64,000 bases of DNA from positions 14,364 to 78,363 of the forward strand of contig CAZGNO010000004.1 in assembly GCA_964527785.1 (NCBI GenBank), written 5' to 3'. Under the pieces are notes generated by a model. It worked only from the letters and a program-made list of their open reading frames with translations, made no database searches and had not been told where the DNA came from. Made by a program: the position numbers and the translations under genes. Positions 10,467 through 20,342 of the stretch are shown here, piece after piece. Numbering within the stretch: position 1 is the stretch's first letter; every line of letters begins with the position of its first letter. The stretch is from an uncultured Chitinophagaceae bacterium. GTDB taxonomy: Bacteria > Bacteroidota > Ignavibacteria > Kapaibacteriales > UBA961.

Positions 10467-12019
10467 TTAATGTCTGAAATGCCGCATTCCTGTCATCATC
10501 ATAGCAATATTATGTTCATCGGCAGCAGCAATTACTTCTGCATCCCGTACAGAGCCGCCGGGCTGAATAACAGTCGTTGCCCCTGCCTCTACTGCTTGCA
10601 ATAATCCGTCTGCAAATGGGAAAAAGGCGTCACTGGCAACAGCACAACCTTTCAAATCTATTCCTGCATCCTGTGCCTTTTTAACGGCAATTCTCGCGGA
10701 ATCCAACCGTGACATCTGTCCTGCTCCTATGGCAAGTGTTCTGTCGGCGGCGGCATAGACAATTGCATTTGATTTGACATGTTTTGCTACGCGCCAAGCG
10801 AACATGAGAGCATCCTTTTCGGTATCGGTCGGGATACGTTTCGTTACTGAACGTAGGGCGGCTTCATCAAGTAGTTCCGCGTCTTCGGTTTGAAGCAAAA
10901 GCCCGCCTGCTACGGATTTTATCTGCATCACAATATTCTTACGGAGAGTATCATAATCAGCGGTCATCAGACGTCTGTCCTTCTTCTTGCGGAGCAGTTC
11001 AAGAGCTTCATCGGTAATTTCAGGGGCAATCAATACTTCCGCGAACAGTCCGTGAACCGTCTCTGCAAACTCACGATCTATCGGTCGGTTTACAGCAATA
11101 ATTCCACCGAACGGTGATACAGTATCAGTTGCAAATGCCTTGGCGTATGCTTCACTTAGAGTTTTCCCTGAGCCAACGCCGCAAGGATTTGTATGTTTTA
11201 CAATTACCACCGTCGGTTCGGTAAACTCTAACGCCAGTTTCGCTGCAGCATCAATATCTACAATATTATTGTACGATAATTCCTTACCGTGCAACTGCTT
11301 GAAAATCGAACTGAAGTGACCGTAAAGCACCGCCGACTGATGAGGGTTCTCACCATAACGAAGTGATTGCTCTTTGCGCATCGGGAGTGATAATTCTTCG
11401 GGGAAAATCTCGCTTTTATTGCTGGAACGGAAATACCCTGCAATTAATGAATCATAATATCCTGTATGGGCAAATGCCTCGCCTGCAAGTTCACGTCTGA
11501 ACTGTTCAGGTATTGCGTTGTTATTTCCTTCAAGTTCAGTAAGGATTGTTGCATAGCGGTCAGGATTGACGACCACTGCTGTCCAACGGTAGTTTTTGGC
11601 AGCGGCACGAACCATTGCAGGTCCACCAATATCAATGTTTTCAATAATGTCTTCGGGTGTAGCAGATGGATTTGCGAGTGTCTTTTCAAAAGGATAGAGA
11701 TTCACAACAAGTAGGTCTATTGAATTTATACCATGCTCGGTCATATTTACTTGATGGTCGGGATTATCCAAGACAGCCAGTAATCCGCCATGTATTTTGG
11801 GTTGGAGAGTTTTTACGCGTCCGTCCATTATTTCGGGGAAACCGGTATAGTCGCTTACACTGACAACCGGGATTCCTGCATTTTTCAAGAGCGAAGATGT
11901 TCCGCCTGTCGAGAGAATTTCAATGCCTAAATTGTGGAGTTCCTTTGCAAATTCTACGATGCCGTTTTTATCGGAAACACTTATGAGGGCTCTTTTAATG
12001 GGGTAGGTTTCGGGAGTCA
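10467..12019 (-). CDS. purH: Bifunctional AICAR transformylase / IMP cyclohydrolase PurH
   Basis: MGS-like N-terminal domain ([27 protein letters not shown]) with an AICARFT C-terminal domain. The likely start is the ATG at 12019 (MTPETYP), not the upstream in-frame extension. Confidence 0.95.
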
Positions 12020-12300
12020 TGCTGTCCTTGTTTTGAGATGTATTGTTCGTTAAAATTGTACTGACTATCGAGAAGTATTCCAAAAGGTTGAAGATTCGTA
12101 TCAATCCTTTTTAACATCGTTTTATTATGTCTTTTGGAAAACAAATGTAAGAAATTTTGTTCGATAATATGATTATGATATCAGTTATAGTCAATTTTTA
12201 CCCGATGGATTGTGAGTCATTACGTACTTCTTACAATGATTTTAAGAGAAGACGGTGAAGTGAATATCACATTACAATCAAAATTCATTCTTACGTTGTT

Positions 12301-12621
12301 CTAGTGTAAAACGTTGTTTTTCTTGCTTTCAAGTTCTTGGTTCAATTTTGAAATTCTTTTTATATATAAATCCAAATCAGCTGTCGTGTCGGATAAGTTG
12401 TCTGATATTTGTTCTAGAATTGTGTGGGCAGTTTCAGCTAAATGCAGATTGTTTTTACAATCAGTATCATCCTCGCCAAACTCCTTGCAATAGTCCATTA
12501 CCTTCTGCAAAAAATCAATGCTTATGGTAATGTATGTCTGTTGGAGAACGTCACCCGAAATATCGCACAGACCGCATTGTATTGCTGCAGCCATGTTTTT
12601 ATCCATTGTATATCTACTCAT
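12301..12621 (-). CDS. Hypothetical small acidic protein
   Basis: The ORF has a strong RBS (aggaggg) 7 nt before ATG 12621 (MSRYTMDKN..). It contains CGLC and DC motifs and has no recognisable family. It is transcribed divergently from the LexA-like repressor gene. Confidence 0.45.
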   Translation of the reverse strand: MSRYTMDKNMAAAIQCGLCDISGDVLQQTYITISIDFLQKVMDYCKEFGEDDTDCKNNLHLAETAHTILEQISDNLSDTTADLDLYIKRISKLNQELESKKNNVLH

Positions 12622-12872
12622 ATACCCTCCTGATACTATAATATTTTTACAAAAAAGTGACCGGTTGTGGTCGTGATGCCGGTATGTGTTTGCTGTTTGA
12701 ATCATCTGTTTGAGATTGCTTTTTTTACCTTTTCCTGAAGCTTTTTGGGTTGATTTACGAACATTTTGTAGAAAATAGTTGAAAATTTCACTTTATTCTT
12801 TGCTATTGCCCTGTAGTTTATTATGTTTGTAGAATAAGCAGGTGGTTTATTGTCATAATTTCTAGTGCAAAA

Positions 12873-12892
12873 TTAATTAAAAATTTAATTAA
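12873..12892. promoter_or_regulatory. Perfect palindromic operator candidate TTAATTAAA-aa-TTTAATTAA
   Basis: 9-bp inverted repeat with a 2-bp spacer, 27 bp upstream of the S24-repressor start codon in the divergent intergenic region. Confidence 0.45.
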
Positions 12893-12918
12893 CTCAAAGA
12901 CATTTCTTTACTTTTTTA

Positions 12919-13560
12919 ATGAATTCTTTAATGCTAAATTCGGTTTCTGCCCGTCTAATTGAATTCGCCCAAACGAAGGGCGGACTTCGAGCTTTGAGTC
13001 GTCTTATCGGAAAAAGTAACAATTTTCTAGCTCCGTATGCATACGGAAAATCAGAGCCGGGTCATAAAGTACAGGCACTGCTGCGCGAGGTTGGTTGTGA
13101 TATAGAATGGTTAATGACCGGTAGGGAAAGCAGCCGTCGTGCATGGAGGGGAATACCAATATTCGGAACGAATGACCCGCCGGCAAATACCCACGCCAAA
13201 CTCATGTTATCGCCTGCACATTGCGGAGACCCGTCGGAGGTTGATGAGAGTATTGCCGCCTATATTGATGTATCAAAGTATCATAATAAAGATACGTTCT
13301 ACGTGCAGGCGCGGGGAGAATCTATGACCGGTGCAGATATTAATGAAGGGGATATGCTTCTCGTGGATACTGCTAAAGAACCCAAAAATGGCAATATTGT
13401 TTTGGTACGAATCGGTGACAGGGTATCGGTAAAGCGGCTGCGTAAAAATGGTGAAGAAGTATTACTGGCACCGGAAAATCCTGAATTTGAACCTATTCCC
13501 GTTACCAATGATACTCAAATATTGGCAGTAGTCTTGCGTGCGGATAAATGGTTGGTCTGA
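12919..13560 (+). CDS. LexA-like / phage-repressor-like transcriptional regulator (XRE-type HTH plus S24 self-cleaving peptidase domain)
   Basis: The C-terminal domain carries a Ser nucleophile (GESMTG) and a Lys (VKRL) in an S24 arrangement (GDMLLVD..NGNIVLVRIGD). The N-terminal region reads LSRLIGKS.NFL..YAYGKSEPG, a helix-turn-helix. Confidence 0.8.
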   Translation: MNSLMLNSVSARLIEFAQTKGGLRALSRLIGKSNNFLAPYAYGKSEPGHKVQALLREVGCDIEWLMTGRESSRRAWRGIPIFGTNDPPANTHAKLMLSPAHCGDPSEVDESIAAYIDVSKYHNKDTFYVQARGESMTGADINEGDMLLVDTAKEPKNGNIVLVRIGDRVSVKRLRKNGEEVLLAPENPEFEPIPVTNDTQILAVVLRADKWLV

Positions 13561-13587
13561 ACTTTGTGTATATTTAAAAATTTAATA

Positions 13588-13624
13588 CAATAACCTGATA
13601 CACAATGCAATAACCTGATACACA
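13588..13624. repeat. Direct repeat caataacctgatacaca x2 (period 20 bp)
   Basis: Exact 17-bp copies at 13588-13604 and 13608-13624 in the convergent spacer between the repressor gene and lpdA. Confidence 0.6.
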
Positions 13625-13674
13625 TCAAAACTATACCCGACACCAGTTGCTACAAAACAATTTGAATGTATTAC

Positions 13675-13716
13675 AAAAAAATCCGTAGAATCGGTTTTGT
13701 AAGCCCGATTCTACGG
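13675..13716 (-). terminator. Rho-independent terminator of lpdA (perfect 12-bp stem)
   Basis: ccgtagaatcgg-ttttgtaagc-ccgattctacgg preceded on the + strand by caaaaaaa, which is a U-tract on the - strand. A related hairpin recurs at 15850-15880. Confidence 0.7.
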
Positions 13717-13739
13717 CTGGGAATCGAAAAAATGCTGAC

Positions 13740-15143
13740 CTACAAATGTACACATTCACCAAACGCTACAGCGGCAGCTTCCATCACTGCCTCAGAAAGC
13801 GTTGGGTGAGCATGGATTGTTTTGAATATTGTCGGACCGGTTGCTTCGAGTGATTTTGCAAGTCCCATTTCGGCAATAAGTTCTGTTACATCAGCACCAA
13901 TCATGTGTGCGCCTAAAAATTCACCGTACTTAGCATCAAAGATTAATTTTACAAAGCCGGCTGTTTTACCTATTCCGTGTGCTTTGCCGCTTGCGGTAAA
14001 TGGAAACTTACCTACTTTGATTTCATAGCCGGCTGCTTTAGCTTTTGCTTCGGTTAAACCCAAACTTGCAATTTGCGGCTGGCAATAGGTACATCCCGGA
14101 ATATTATTATAATCCACACCGTTTGTATGATGTCCGGCAAGAAATTCAGCTGCAACATGTCCCTCTGCCGTTGCTTTATGAGCAAGCCATGGCGGTCCTG
14201 CAACATCGCCGATTGCATAAATACCTTCCACATTCGTGCGCATATATTTATCTACTTTAATCCAACCGCGTTCAAGCGTCACACCGAGAGCTTCCAAGCC
14301 AACATTCTCGATATTCCCTTGCACTCCGATTGCCGATAATGCTATATCAGCGGTAAGCGTCTCCTGTGTACCGTCTTTTTTCTGGATAACCACCTCTGCC
14401 CCGTCACCTTTTGCTTTGGCAGAAATCACTTTTGTTTCAGTAAGAAGAGTCATTCCCGATTTCTTGAAATTACGCTCTAATTCTTTGGAAACATCTTCAT
14501 CTTCTACGGGAACGATATTTTTCATCATTTCGATAATCGTAACTTTTGCCCCGTAAGCATTGTAGAAATATGCAAATTCCACTCCGATTGCACCAGAGCC
14601 CATAATAATCATGGATTTTGGCATTTCTTGCTGGAGCATTGCTTCTGTGCTGGTTAGGATTTTCTTTCTGTCCACATCTATTCCGGGTATCATCCGTGAA
14701 CGTGCTCCGGTTGCAACAATCACATTTTTACATTCGATAACATCTGTTACTGCACCGCTTTCGTCGCGAACTTCCACTCGATTGCGTGATTGTACAAATC
14801 CATTACCCTTCACACCCTGAACTTTATATTTCTTGAATAAGAACGAAATACCGTTGGACATTTTGTCTGCTACACCCCGGCTGCGCTGGATTACTTTCGG
14901 AAAATCAAAACCGATACCGGAAAGATTAAACCCATAATCATCGGCATGATTGAGGAAGTTCATATACTCAGCATTTTTAAGCAATGCTTTGCTGGGAATA
15001 CATCCCCAATTAAGACATACACCACCCAAACGGTCACGTTCCACACATATCGTTTTTAAGCCAAGTTGAGAAGCGCGAATAGCAGCCACATAGCCGCCCG
15101 GTCCGCTACCAACCACTACCACGTCGCACTGATGAGTATTCAT
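13740..15143 (-). CDS. lpdA: Dihydrolipoyl dehydrogenase
   Basis: FAD motif VVVVGSGPGGYVAAIRA and redox-active disulfide GGVCLNWGCIPSK, 467 aa. Confidence 0.95.
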   Translation of the reverse strand: MNTHQCDVVVVGSGPGGYVAAIRASQLGLKTICVERDRLGGVCLNWGCIPSKALLKNAEYMNFLNHADDYGFNLSGIGFDFPKVIQRSRGVADKMSNGISFLFKKYKVQGVKGNGFVQSRNRVEVRDESGAVTDVIECKNVIVATGARSRMIPGIDVDRKKILTSTEAMLQQEMPKSMIIMGSGAIGVEFAYFYNAYGAKVTIIEMMKNIVPVEDEDVSKELERNFKKSGMTLLTETKVISAKAKGDGAEVVIQKKDGTQETLTADIALSAIGVQGNIENVGLEALGVTLERGWIKVDKYMRTNVEGIYAIGDVAGPPWLAHKATAEGHVAAEFLAGHHTNGVDYNNIPGCTYCQPQIASLGLTEAKAKAAGYEIKVGKFPFTASGKAHGIGKTAGFVKLIFDAKYGEFLGAHMIGADVTELIAEMGLAKSLEATGPTIFKTIHAHPTLSEAVMEAAAVAFGECVHL

Positions 15144-15244
15144 CTGTAATCCTCTGAATAATTTGAGAAAATGGTCTGTATCATATTCTTTTTATATACA
15201 AATATACGGACTTTTCGTCTGAAAGTCGGCTGATTGCCCGCTGA

Positions 15245-15829
15245 TCAGCTATGGAGTTTCTTGAGCAAATTTGCCACATCCGCACCCAATTTTTCGACTG
15301 CGTCATGCTGCTTACCGTCACTTAATCGTCCTTCCGATGAAAATGCTGCGGATGCTTTCGGTACAGCTATTTGCTCAGGCAGCACCATTGTCCCGCAACT
15401 CTCCAAAACGAGCCGGAGATGGCTCAAGCCACGAATTCCCCCAAAGTATCCTGTGGAAGTGGTCATAAGGGCAGCCACTTTACCTCGAAAAGCCAGTTGA
15501 GGACTTTCGCCGGAAGCTGCTCGCGATGCCCAATCAATTGCATTTTTCAAAACGGCAGTCATTGACATATTATATTCAGGCGAGGCAATCAAAAAACCGT
15601 GATGTTCCATCATCAATTGCCTAAATTCACCTGCACCTTTCGGAAAGCCCTCAAATGCCTGTAAATCGCCGTCATAGAATGGCATCGGGAAATCTCTAAG
15701 TTCAATAATTGTAACTTCTACACCTATTTTCCGTGCACCTTCACTCGCTATCTCAACCAATTGTTTATTATACGAATCACGGCGTAAACTGCCTGAGAAT
15801 GCGAGGATTTTAATCGGGAAATTTCCCAT
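15245..15829 (-). CDS. NAD(P)H-dependent FMN reductase family oxidoreductase
   Basis: Flavodoxin-like fold signature KILAFSGSLRRDSYN...SPEYN.S, 194 aa. Confidence 0.8.
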   Translation of the reverse strand: MGNFPIKILAFSGSLRRDSYNKQLVEIASEGARKIGVEVTIIELRDFPMPFYDGDLQAFEGFPKGAGEFRQLMMEHHGFLIASPEYNMSMTAVLKNAIDWASRAASGESPQLAFRGKVAALMTTSTGYFGGIRGLSHLRLVLESCGTMVLPEQIAVPKASAAFSSEGRLSDGKQHDAVEKLGADVANLLKKLHS

Positions 15830-15849
15830 AATTTATTTTTAATCATGAA

Positions 15850-15880
15850 AGAATCGGATTTGCAAACCCGATTCTACGGA
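15850..15880. repeat. Second copy of the gaatcgg..ccgattctacgg hairpin element
   Basis: agaatcgg-atttgcaaac-ccgattctacgg shares about 26 of 30 positions with 13683-13716 and lies just downstream of the GT4 gene on the - strand. Confidence 0.5.
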
Positions 15881-15904
15881 TACATACGAAAGGACTTATC
15901 ATTT

Positions 15905-17056
15905 TCACACCCCAAGTATCTCTTCAAATACATTTGTAATTCCGTTAAAGCCGCTTTTTGCAACACGCTCACTGATGTTTTCCGGAAAATTAACTGTTTC
16001 GCGAAGTTTATAAAATCGAACCACTCCCTCTGCAATTTGCTCAGGCGATTCCGGTTCTACCAAAATTCCGGTCATCCCGTCAGTAACCAATTCCACCAAC
16101 CCCCCTACACGAGTTACCACTGCAGGAATACCAAAACTATAGGCAACATTTAGTATTCCGCTATTGGTAGCACTCCGGTAGGGCTGCACCATTACATCCG
16201 CTGCTGCAAAATATTTTCCTACTTCTTCATTCGGAACATATTGATTGACGAATTTCACATTCTCTAAAGTGCCGTTCTCACGTACAATATCTGTATAAAT
16301 TTCCGGTTTGTCGTAAAATTCACCCACGACCAAGAGTTTAGCGTTTGGAATTTGCTTTAAAATAAGCGGGAAAGCCCGCAGCAAAATATCCAGTCCTTTA
16401 TACTTTCTGACATACCCGAAGAACATCAACACCTTGTCATCAGGGGTATAGCCAAGTGCTGCCCGCTCATTGTTTGTGTCGAATTGTGCATTCATCGAAT
16501 AGTCAAACATAGGAAGTTCAGATCGGAAAATAGGTCTTCCGCCCGCAAGTGACTGCAAATCATTCTCCACAGGTTTTGAAAGGGCGAGAAATTTATCTGC
16601 AAATTGAAGTCCTAATTTCGTGAGAAATGAATCTATAAAACGAGCTTCATGTGAGACAAAATTTTCGGTAATGAATAGGATTCTCCCCTTGTATTTTTTC
16701 TTAAGGAGCAACGACATCACCCAATGGCACATACCAAAAAAAGGATTCCACCAATCAAATACAACAAGATCGGCATTTTCACTTTTAATACGTGAAGCAG
16801 TTTTAAACCATGAAATGGGATTGATTGAATTAACAAGCCGTTCGTTCGGGAAACCTTGTATTACTTGTTCACTTTGGTCGTATTGCGTTGTTCCGGGAAA
16901 TAAGAATGAGGGGTAAAGCAGAGAATAATTGATAAGTTTTATTTCAAACTTTTCAGAGAGGGCATTGCATAAATATTGAATAAACATTGCATTCCCCCCA
17001 CGGTACGGGTGTGCAGGTCCGATAATTACAACTTTTTTCTTGGGGTAAACAGCCAT
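15905..17056 (-). CDS. Glycosyltransferase family 4
   Basis: GT4 two-domain architecture. The C-terminal half carries the EX7E-like region (..GEFYDKPEIYTD..VMVQPYRSATNSGILNVAYSFGIPAVVTRVGG..). Confidence 0.8.
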   Translation of the reverse strand: MAVYPKKKVVIIGPAHPYRGGNAMFIQYLCNALSEKFEIKLINYSLLYPSFLFPGTTQYDQSEQVIQGFPNERLVNSINPISWFKTASRIKSENADLVVFDWWNPFFGMCHWVMSLLLKKKYKGRILFITENFVSHEARFIDSFLTKLGLQFADKFLALSKPVENDLQSLAGGRPIFRSELPMFDYSMNAQFDTNNERAALGYTPDDKVLMFFGYVRKYKGLDILLRAFPLILKQIPNAKLLVVGEFYDKPEIYTDIVRENGTLENVKFVNQYVPNEEVGKYFAAADVMVQPYRSATNSGILNVAYSFGIPAVVTRVGGLVELVTDGMTGILVEPESPEQIAEGVVRFYKLRETVNFPENISERVAKSGFNGITNVFEEILGV

Positions 17057-17284
17057 TATAGTCCGGTAAATGCATTACAATATGAAGAAAAACACTAGTA
17101 TTTCATACGCAAATTACAGAAAATACTCGATTTTGTATGCTTTAGAGACTTGTTTATGCTTTTCACCAGATATGAATAAACTTTAATACGAACGTTATTG
17201 ACTGCTTCATTTTCTCAACGTATTTTCGCACTGAATTTAATGGACAGTATTTTTTTAAGAATTTTAATTTATGGAGACAATCCA

Positions 17285-17581
17285 ATGCGTAAATTTGCAG
17301 CATTACTTGCAATAATCTTTGCAGTAACAATTTCAGTAAATGCTTTCGCGTCAGACAAGCCGAAACACGATGCCAAAGAAACTAAGCACGATGCTAAAGA
17401 AGCTAAGCACGACGCTAAAGAAGCTAAAGCAGATATGAAGGAAGCTAAAAAAACTAACTCTAAAGCAGATGCAAAAGAAGCCAAAGCAGATATGAAGGAA
17501 GCTAAAAAGGATATGAAGGAAGCTAAAAAGGATATGAAGGAAGCTAAGCACGACAAAAAAGATGCGAAAATGCCGAAGTAA
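17285..17581 (+). CDS. Small secreted lysine-rich repeat protein (KHDAKEAK / KKDMKEAK octad repeats)
   Basis: A signal peptide (MRKFAALLAIIFAVTISVNAFA) is followed by about 75 residues that are almost entirely K/E/A/D octad repeats. The DNA shows matching 24-bp tandem repeats. ATG 17285 has the RBS ggagacaa. The 17198 start and the antisense ORFs 17269..17622 and 17351..17626 are rejected. Confidence 0.7.
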   Translation: MRKFAALLAIIFAVTISVNAFASDKPKHDAKETKHDAKEAKHDAKEAKADMKEAKKTNSKADAKEAKADMKEAKKDMKEAKKDMKEAKHDKKDAKMPK

Positions 17582-17605
17582 TTCTTCTGCCAAATGTAAC
17601 ACAAA

Positions 17606-17638
17606 AAAGCGTGATTGTTCATTCAATCACGCTTTTTT
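17606..17638 (+). terminator. Rho-independent terminator
   Basis: aaagcgtgattg-ttcatt-caatcacgcttt followed by tttt. Confidence 0.8.
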
Positions 17639-17787
17639 GCTTACCACTACCTATCTACCGCGAACTCTTCCCGTTGATTTTCTTTTTCTAAAACCAAATT
17701 CTGTGCTATTTTGTGAAAAATTAACACAGCAGACAACATGAATGATTAGAAGATCAGCACGTTTATTCATAATTTTACAAATACAGA

Positions 17788-18822
17788 ATGGCTATTTTCA
17801 GTACATCAAAACTCGTAACTATTGAGCGTCATTTTTCGGAGGAAGAAGATCTTCATCCGGAAGCAACCGGTGAATTTTCTCGTCTGCTGCGCGATTTAAC
17901 CCTTGCAATTCGTGTTATTGCCCGTGATGTACGCAGAGCAGGTCTAGGAGATATTCTCGGCTTAACTGACAACCATAATGTGCATGGCGAACAGGTGAAA
18001 AAACTGGATGATTATGCCAACGATATTATCTTTCGTGCAATGGACCACGGCGGACATCTCTGCGTAATGGCTTCTGAGGAATCCCAAGGACTTATTAAAA
18101 TTCCTGACAATTATCACAAAGGAAAATACGTACTTGTATTCGACCCTTTGGACGGCTCGTCGAATATTGATGTGAATGTTACCATCGGTACTATCTTTTC
18201 AATCTACCAACGACTGGACCCGACTGCAACAACCGACGGAACACACGCAGATGTTTTGCAACCGGGATACAAACAGGTTGCAGCAGGATATGCAAGTTAT
18301 GGGAGTTGTACCAATCTTGTCTATACCAGTGGTCATGGTGTAGATGTATTTACCTTCGATCAAACAATTGGGGAGTTTTTACTCACTAACGAAAAAATTA
18401 AAATTCCTAAGCGCGGGAAATATTACAGTATCAACGAGGGTAATACCAACCGATGGACCCCGCGCCTTCGAGAATATATTAATTATCTCAAAGAAGATGT
18501 ACCCGATAAAAGTCGTCCTTATTCGTCTAGATATATCGGGACTGCTGTTGCAGATGTTCATCGTACTTTGTATTATGGCGGTATTTTCATATATCCGTCA
18601 GATACATCTTCCCCGAAGGGAAAACTACGCTTGATGTATGAAGTAAACCCCCTCTCGATGCTTATTGAGCAAGCCGGAGGTAGGGCTACCGATGGTTATC
18701 GCCGTATACTCGACATTGAGCCGAGCGATATCCACGAGCGCGTTCCGGTGTATTTAGGGAGTGAAGAAGATGTACTCGAAGCAGAAATGTTTTTGCAAGG
18801 TAAGCACCCATCGCAGATGTAA
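17788..18822 (+). CDS. fbp: Fructose-1,6-bisphosphatase class I
   Basis: Metal-binding motif DPLDGSSNID, GT.FSIY, and the YGGIF.YP C-terminal region, 344 aa. Confidence 0.9.
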   Translation: MAIFSTSKLVTIERHFSEEEDLHPEATGEFSRLLRDLTLAIRVIARDVRRAGLGDILGLTDNHNVHGEQVKKLDDYANDIIFRAMDHGGHLCVMASEESQGLIKIPDNYHKGKYVLVFDPLDGSSNIDVNVTIGTIFSIYQRLDPTATTDGTHADVLQPGYKQVAAGYASYGSCTNLVYTSGHGVDVFTFDQTIGEFLLTNEKIKIPKRGKYYSINEGNTNRWTPRLREYINYLKEDVPDKSRPYSSRYIGTAVADVHRTLYYGGIFIYPSDTSSPKGKLRLMYEVNPLSMLIEQAGGRATDGYRRILDIEPSDIHERVPVYLGSEEDVLEAEMFLQGKHPSQM

Positions 18823-18887
18823 CCTTTGACTACTATCCTTGCTATAGCATTACAGACCAAAAACAAACCAAAATTGAAGTAGCAATT

Positions 18888-20303
18888 ATGAAAAAATCAC
18901 TTCTTGCAATCTGTATGCTTGTAACCCTATCGGTAGGGATTCCCGGTTCTGCGCTGTCTCAATCACGCTCACAGCAGCGCATGGACAGAAGTACGTATTT
19001 TGAATACAACGAAACTTTTTTCTGCGAGGCACACGCCCTGCCCTCACAATCGAAGGATTCCTTCACGGTTTCGATTTTGTTTAGAATTATGTATGATGTT
19101 CTGGAATTCCGTCAGATGCCTGTTTCAGCAGTTGTAGAGCGGGGAGCATATGTAGCAACCCCATTCGTACTCATAGAGCTTCGAGATGATATTGGAATAA
19201 TTCGTTATCGCAATCAATGGAAAGACAGTGTTTTCACAAGGGCATTCGAGCAAACGAATTCCAAAACTGATTTTGAACATGGTTCAATGAATATTACGTT
19301 GCCGACAGGTACCTATTCGCTAACGGCTATTCTCAGCGAAAAAGAAAACTCACAACTTAAGAAAATCCAAATTCCTTTATTAAAAGCTCCAACTCCCGAT
19401 TCCGGAGGAATTTCCAAGCCGATTTTCGTAGAATATGCCGATACAAATTCCCGCGTTGCCATTCCATTATTAGCTGGTGGAAATGCACTTTTTTCTCAGA
19501 ATAATATTCAGGCACTACTTACAGTCTCAGGGATTAAGGAAGGTGATATATATTCCTATACATGCTCTCCGGTTGTTAATCCCAATAGTGATTTTCACTC
19601 AGAATGGGGCAATCTTCCCGAAGTTGGCGGTCAGGTAAAGCCGATACAGGGAATGATTCTCATCCCGACAGATCGAAGCCAGAAACAATTTCATGCTAAG
19701 CCGACGTATTCTCTCGTTTCAGTAGCCGCCGACTCAAAATTTGCTTCATTCGGAATATTGGATATTACACTTCCTTCTTCTACAATTGCACCGGGTAAAT
19801 ACAAACTTAAAGTAGTAAAAGTAGGTACAAAAGATACCGTTGTACACCCCTTCGAGGTAATATGGGAAAATATGCCCTTATCATTTCGAAATTTACGCTA
19901 TGTAGTTGAATCGCTGTACTATATCCTCAGTGACGATGACTATGATGCGATTAATAGCGGCTCAGATGCAGAAAAACGTAGAAAAGTTGTAGACTATTGG
20001 CAAAAAAACCACCCTTCGGGCGGTTCGATTTATAATCACACGATGGCAGAATATTATCGTCGTGTGGATTATGCATATTTTAATTTTCAAGTAATCGGCG
20101 AACAGGACGGATCCAGAACAGAACGAGGGAAAATTTATATTCTCTATGGCTCTCCCACGTCTATCGAAAAAAGTACACCGTCCGGCGGTCAGACCCAAGA
20201 AATATGGCGCTATTCCAATAAAGTAAAAAAAGAATTTATCTTTGAACTTAATAATTCCAATATATACAAACTCAAAGAAGTTATTGATTTGACGGCTAAG
20301 TGA
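18888..20303 (+). CDS. GWxTD domain-containing secreted protein
   Basis: A signal peptide and then the C-terminal segment ..YWQKNHP....YY.RVDYAYFNF......GSRTERGKIYILYGSPTSIEK.....QEIWRY, which matches the GWxTD family signature. Confidence 0.7.
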   Translation: MKKSLLAICMLVTLSVGIPGSALSQSRSQQRMDRSTYFEYNETFFCEAHALPSQSKDSFTVSILFRIMYDVLEFRQMPVSAVVERGAYVATPFVLIELRDDIGIIRYRNQWKDSVFTRAFEQTNSKTDFEHGSMNITLPTGTYSLTAILSEKENSQLKKIQIPLLKAPTPDSGGISKPIFVEYADTNSRVAIPLLAGGNALFSQNNIQALLTVSGIKEGDIYSYTCSPVVNPNSDFHSEWGNLPEVGGQVKPIQGMILIPTDRSQKQFHAKPTYSLVSVAADSKFASFGILDITLPSSTIAPGKYKLKVVKVGTKDTVVHPFEVIWENMPLSFRNLRYVVESLYYILSDDDYDAINSGSDAEKRRKVVDYWQKNHPSGGSIYNHTMAEYYRRVDYAYFNFQVIGEQDGSRTERGKIYILYGSPTSIEKSTPSGGQTQEIWRYSNKVKKEFIFELNNSNIYKLKEVIDLTAK

Positions 20304-20342
20304 GTTTTAATTCGACAACAACTCAAATTAATTGTATTCAGT

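Noticed and set aside
17269-17626. Antisense ORFs 17269..17622(-) and 17351..17626(-), and the 17198 start
   Set aside because: They are generated by the 24-bp tandem repeats on the opposite strand of the K-rich protein gene. The true gene starts at ATG 17285, which has a ribosome-binding site and a signal peptide.
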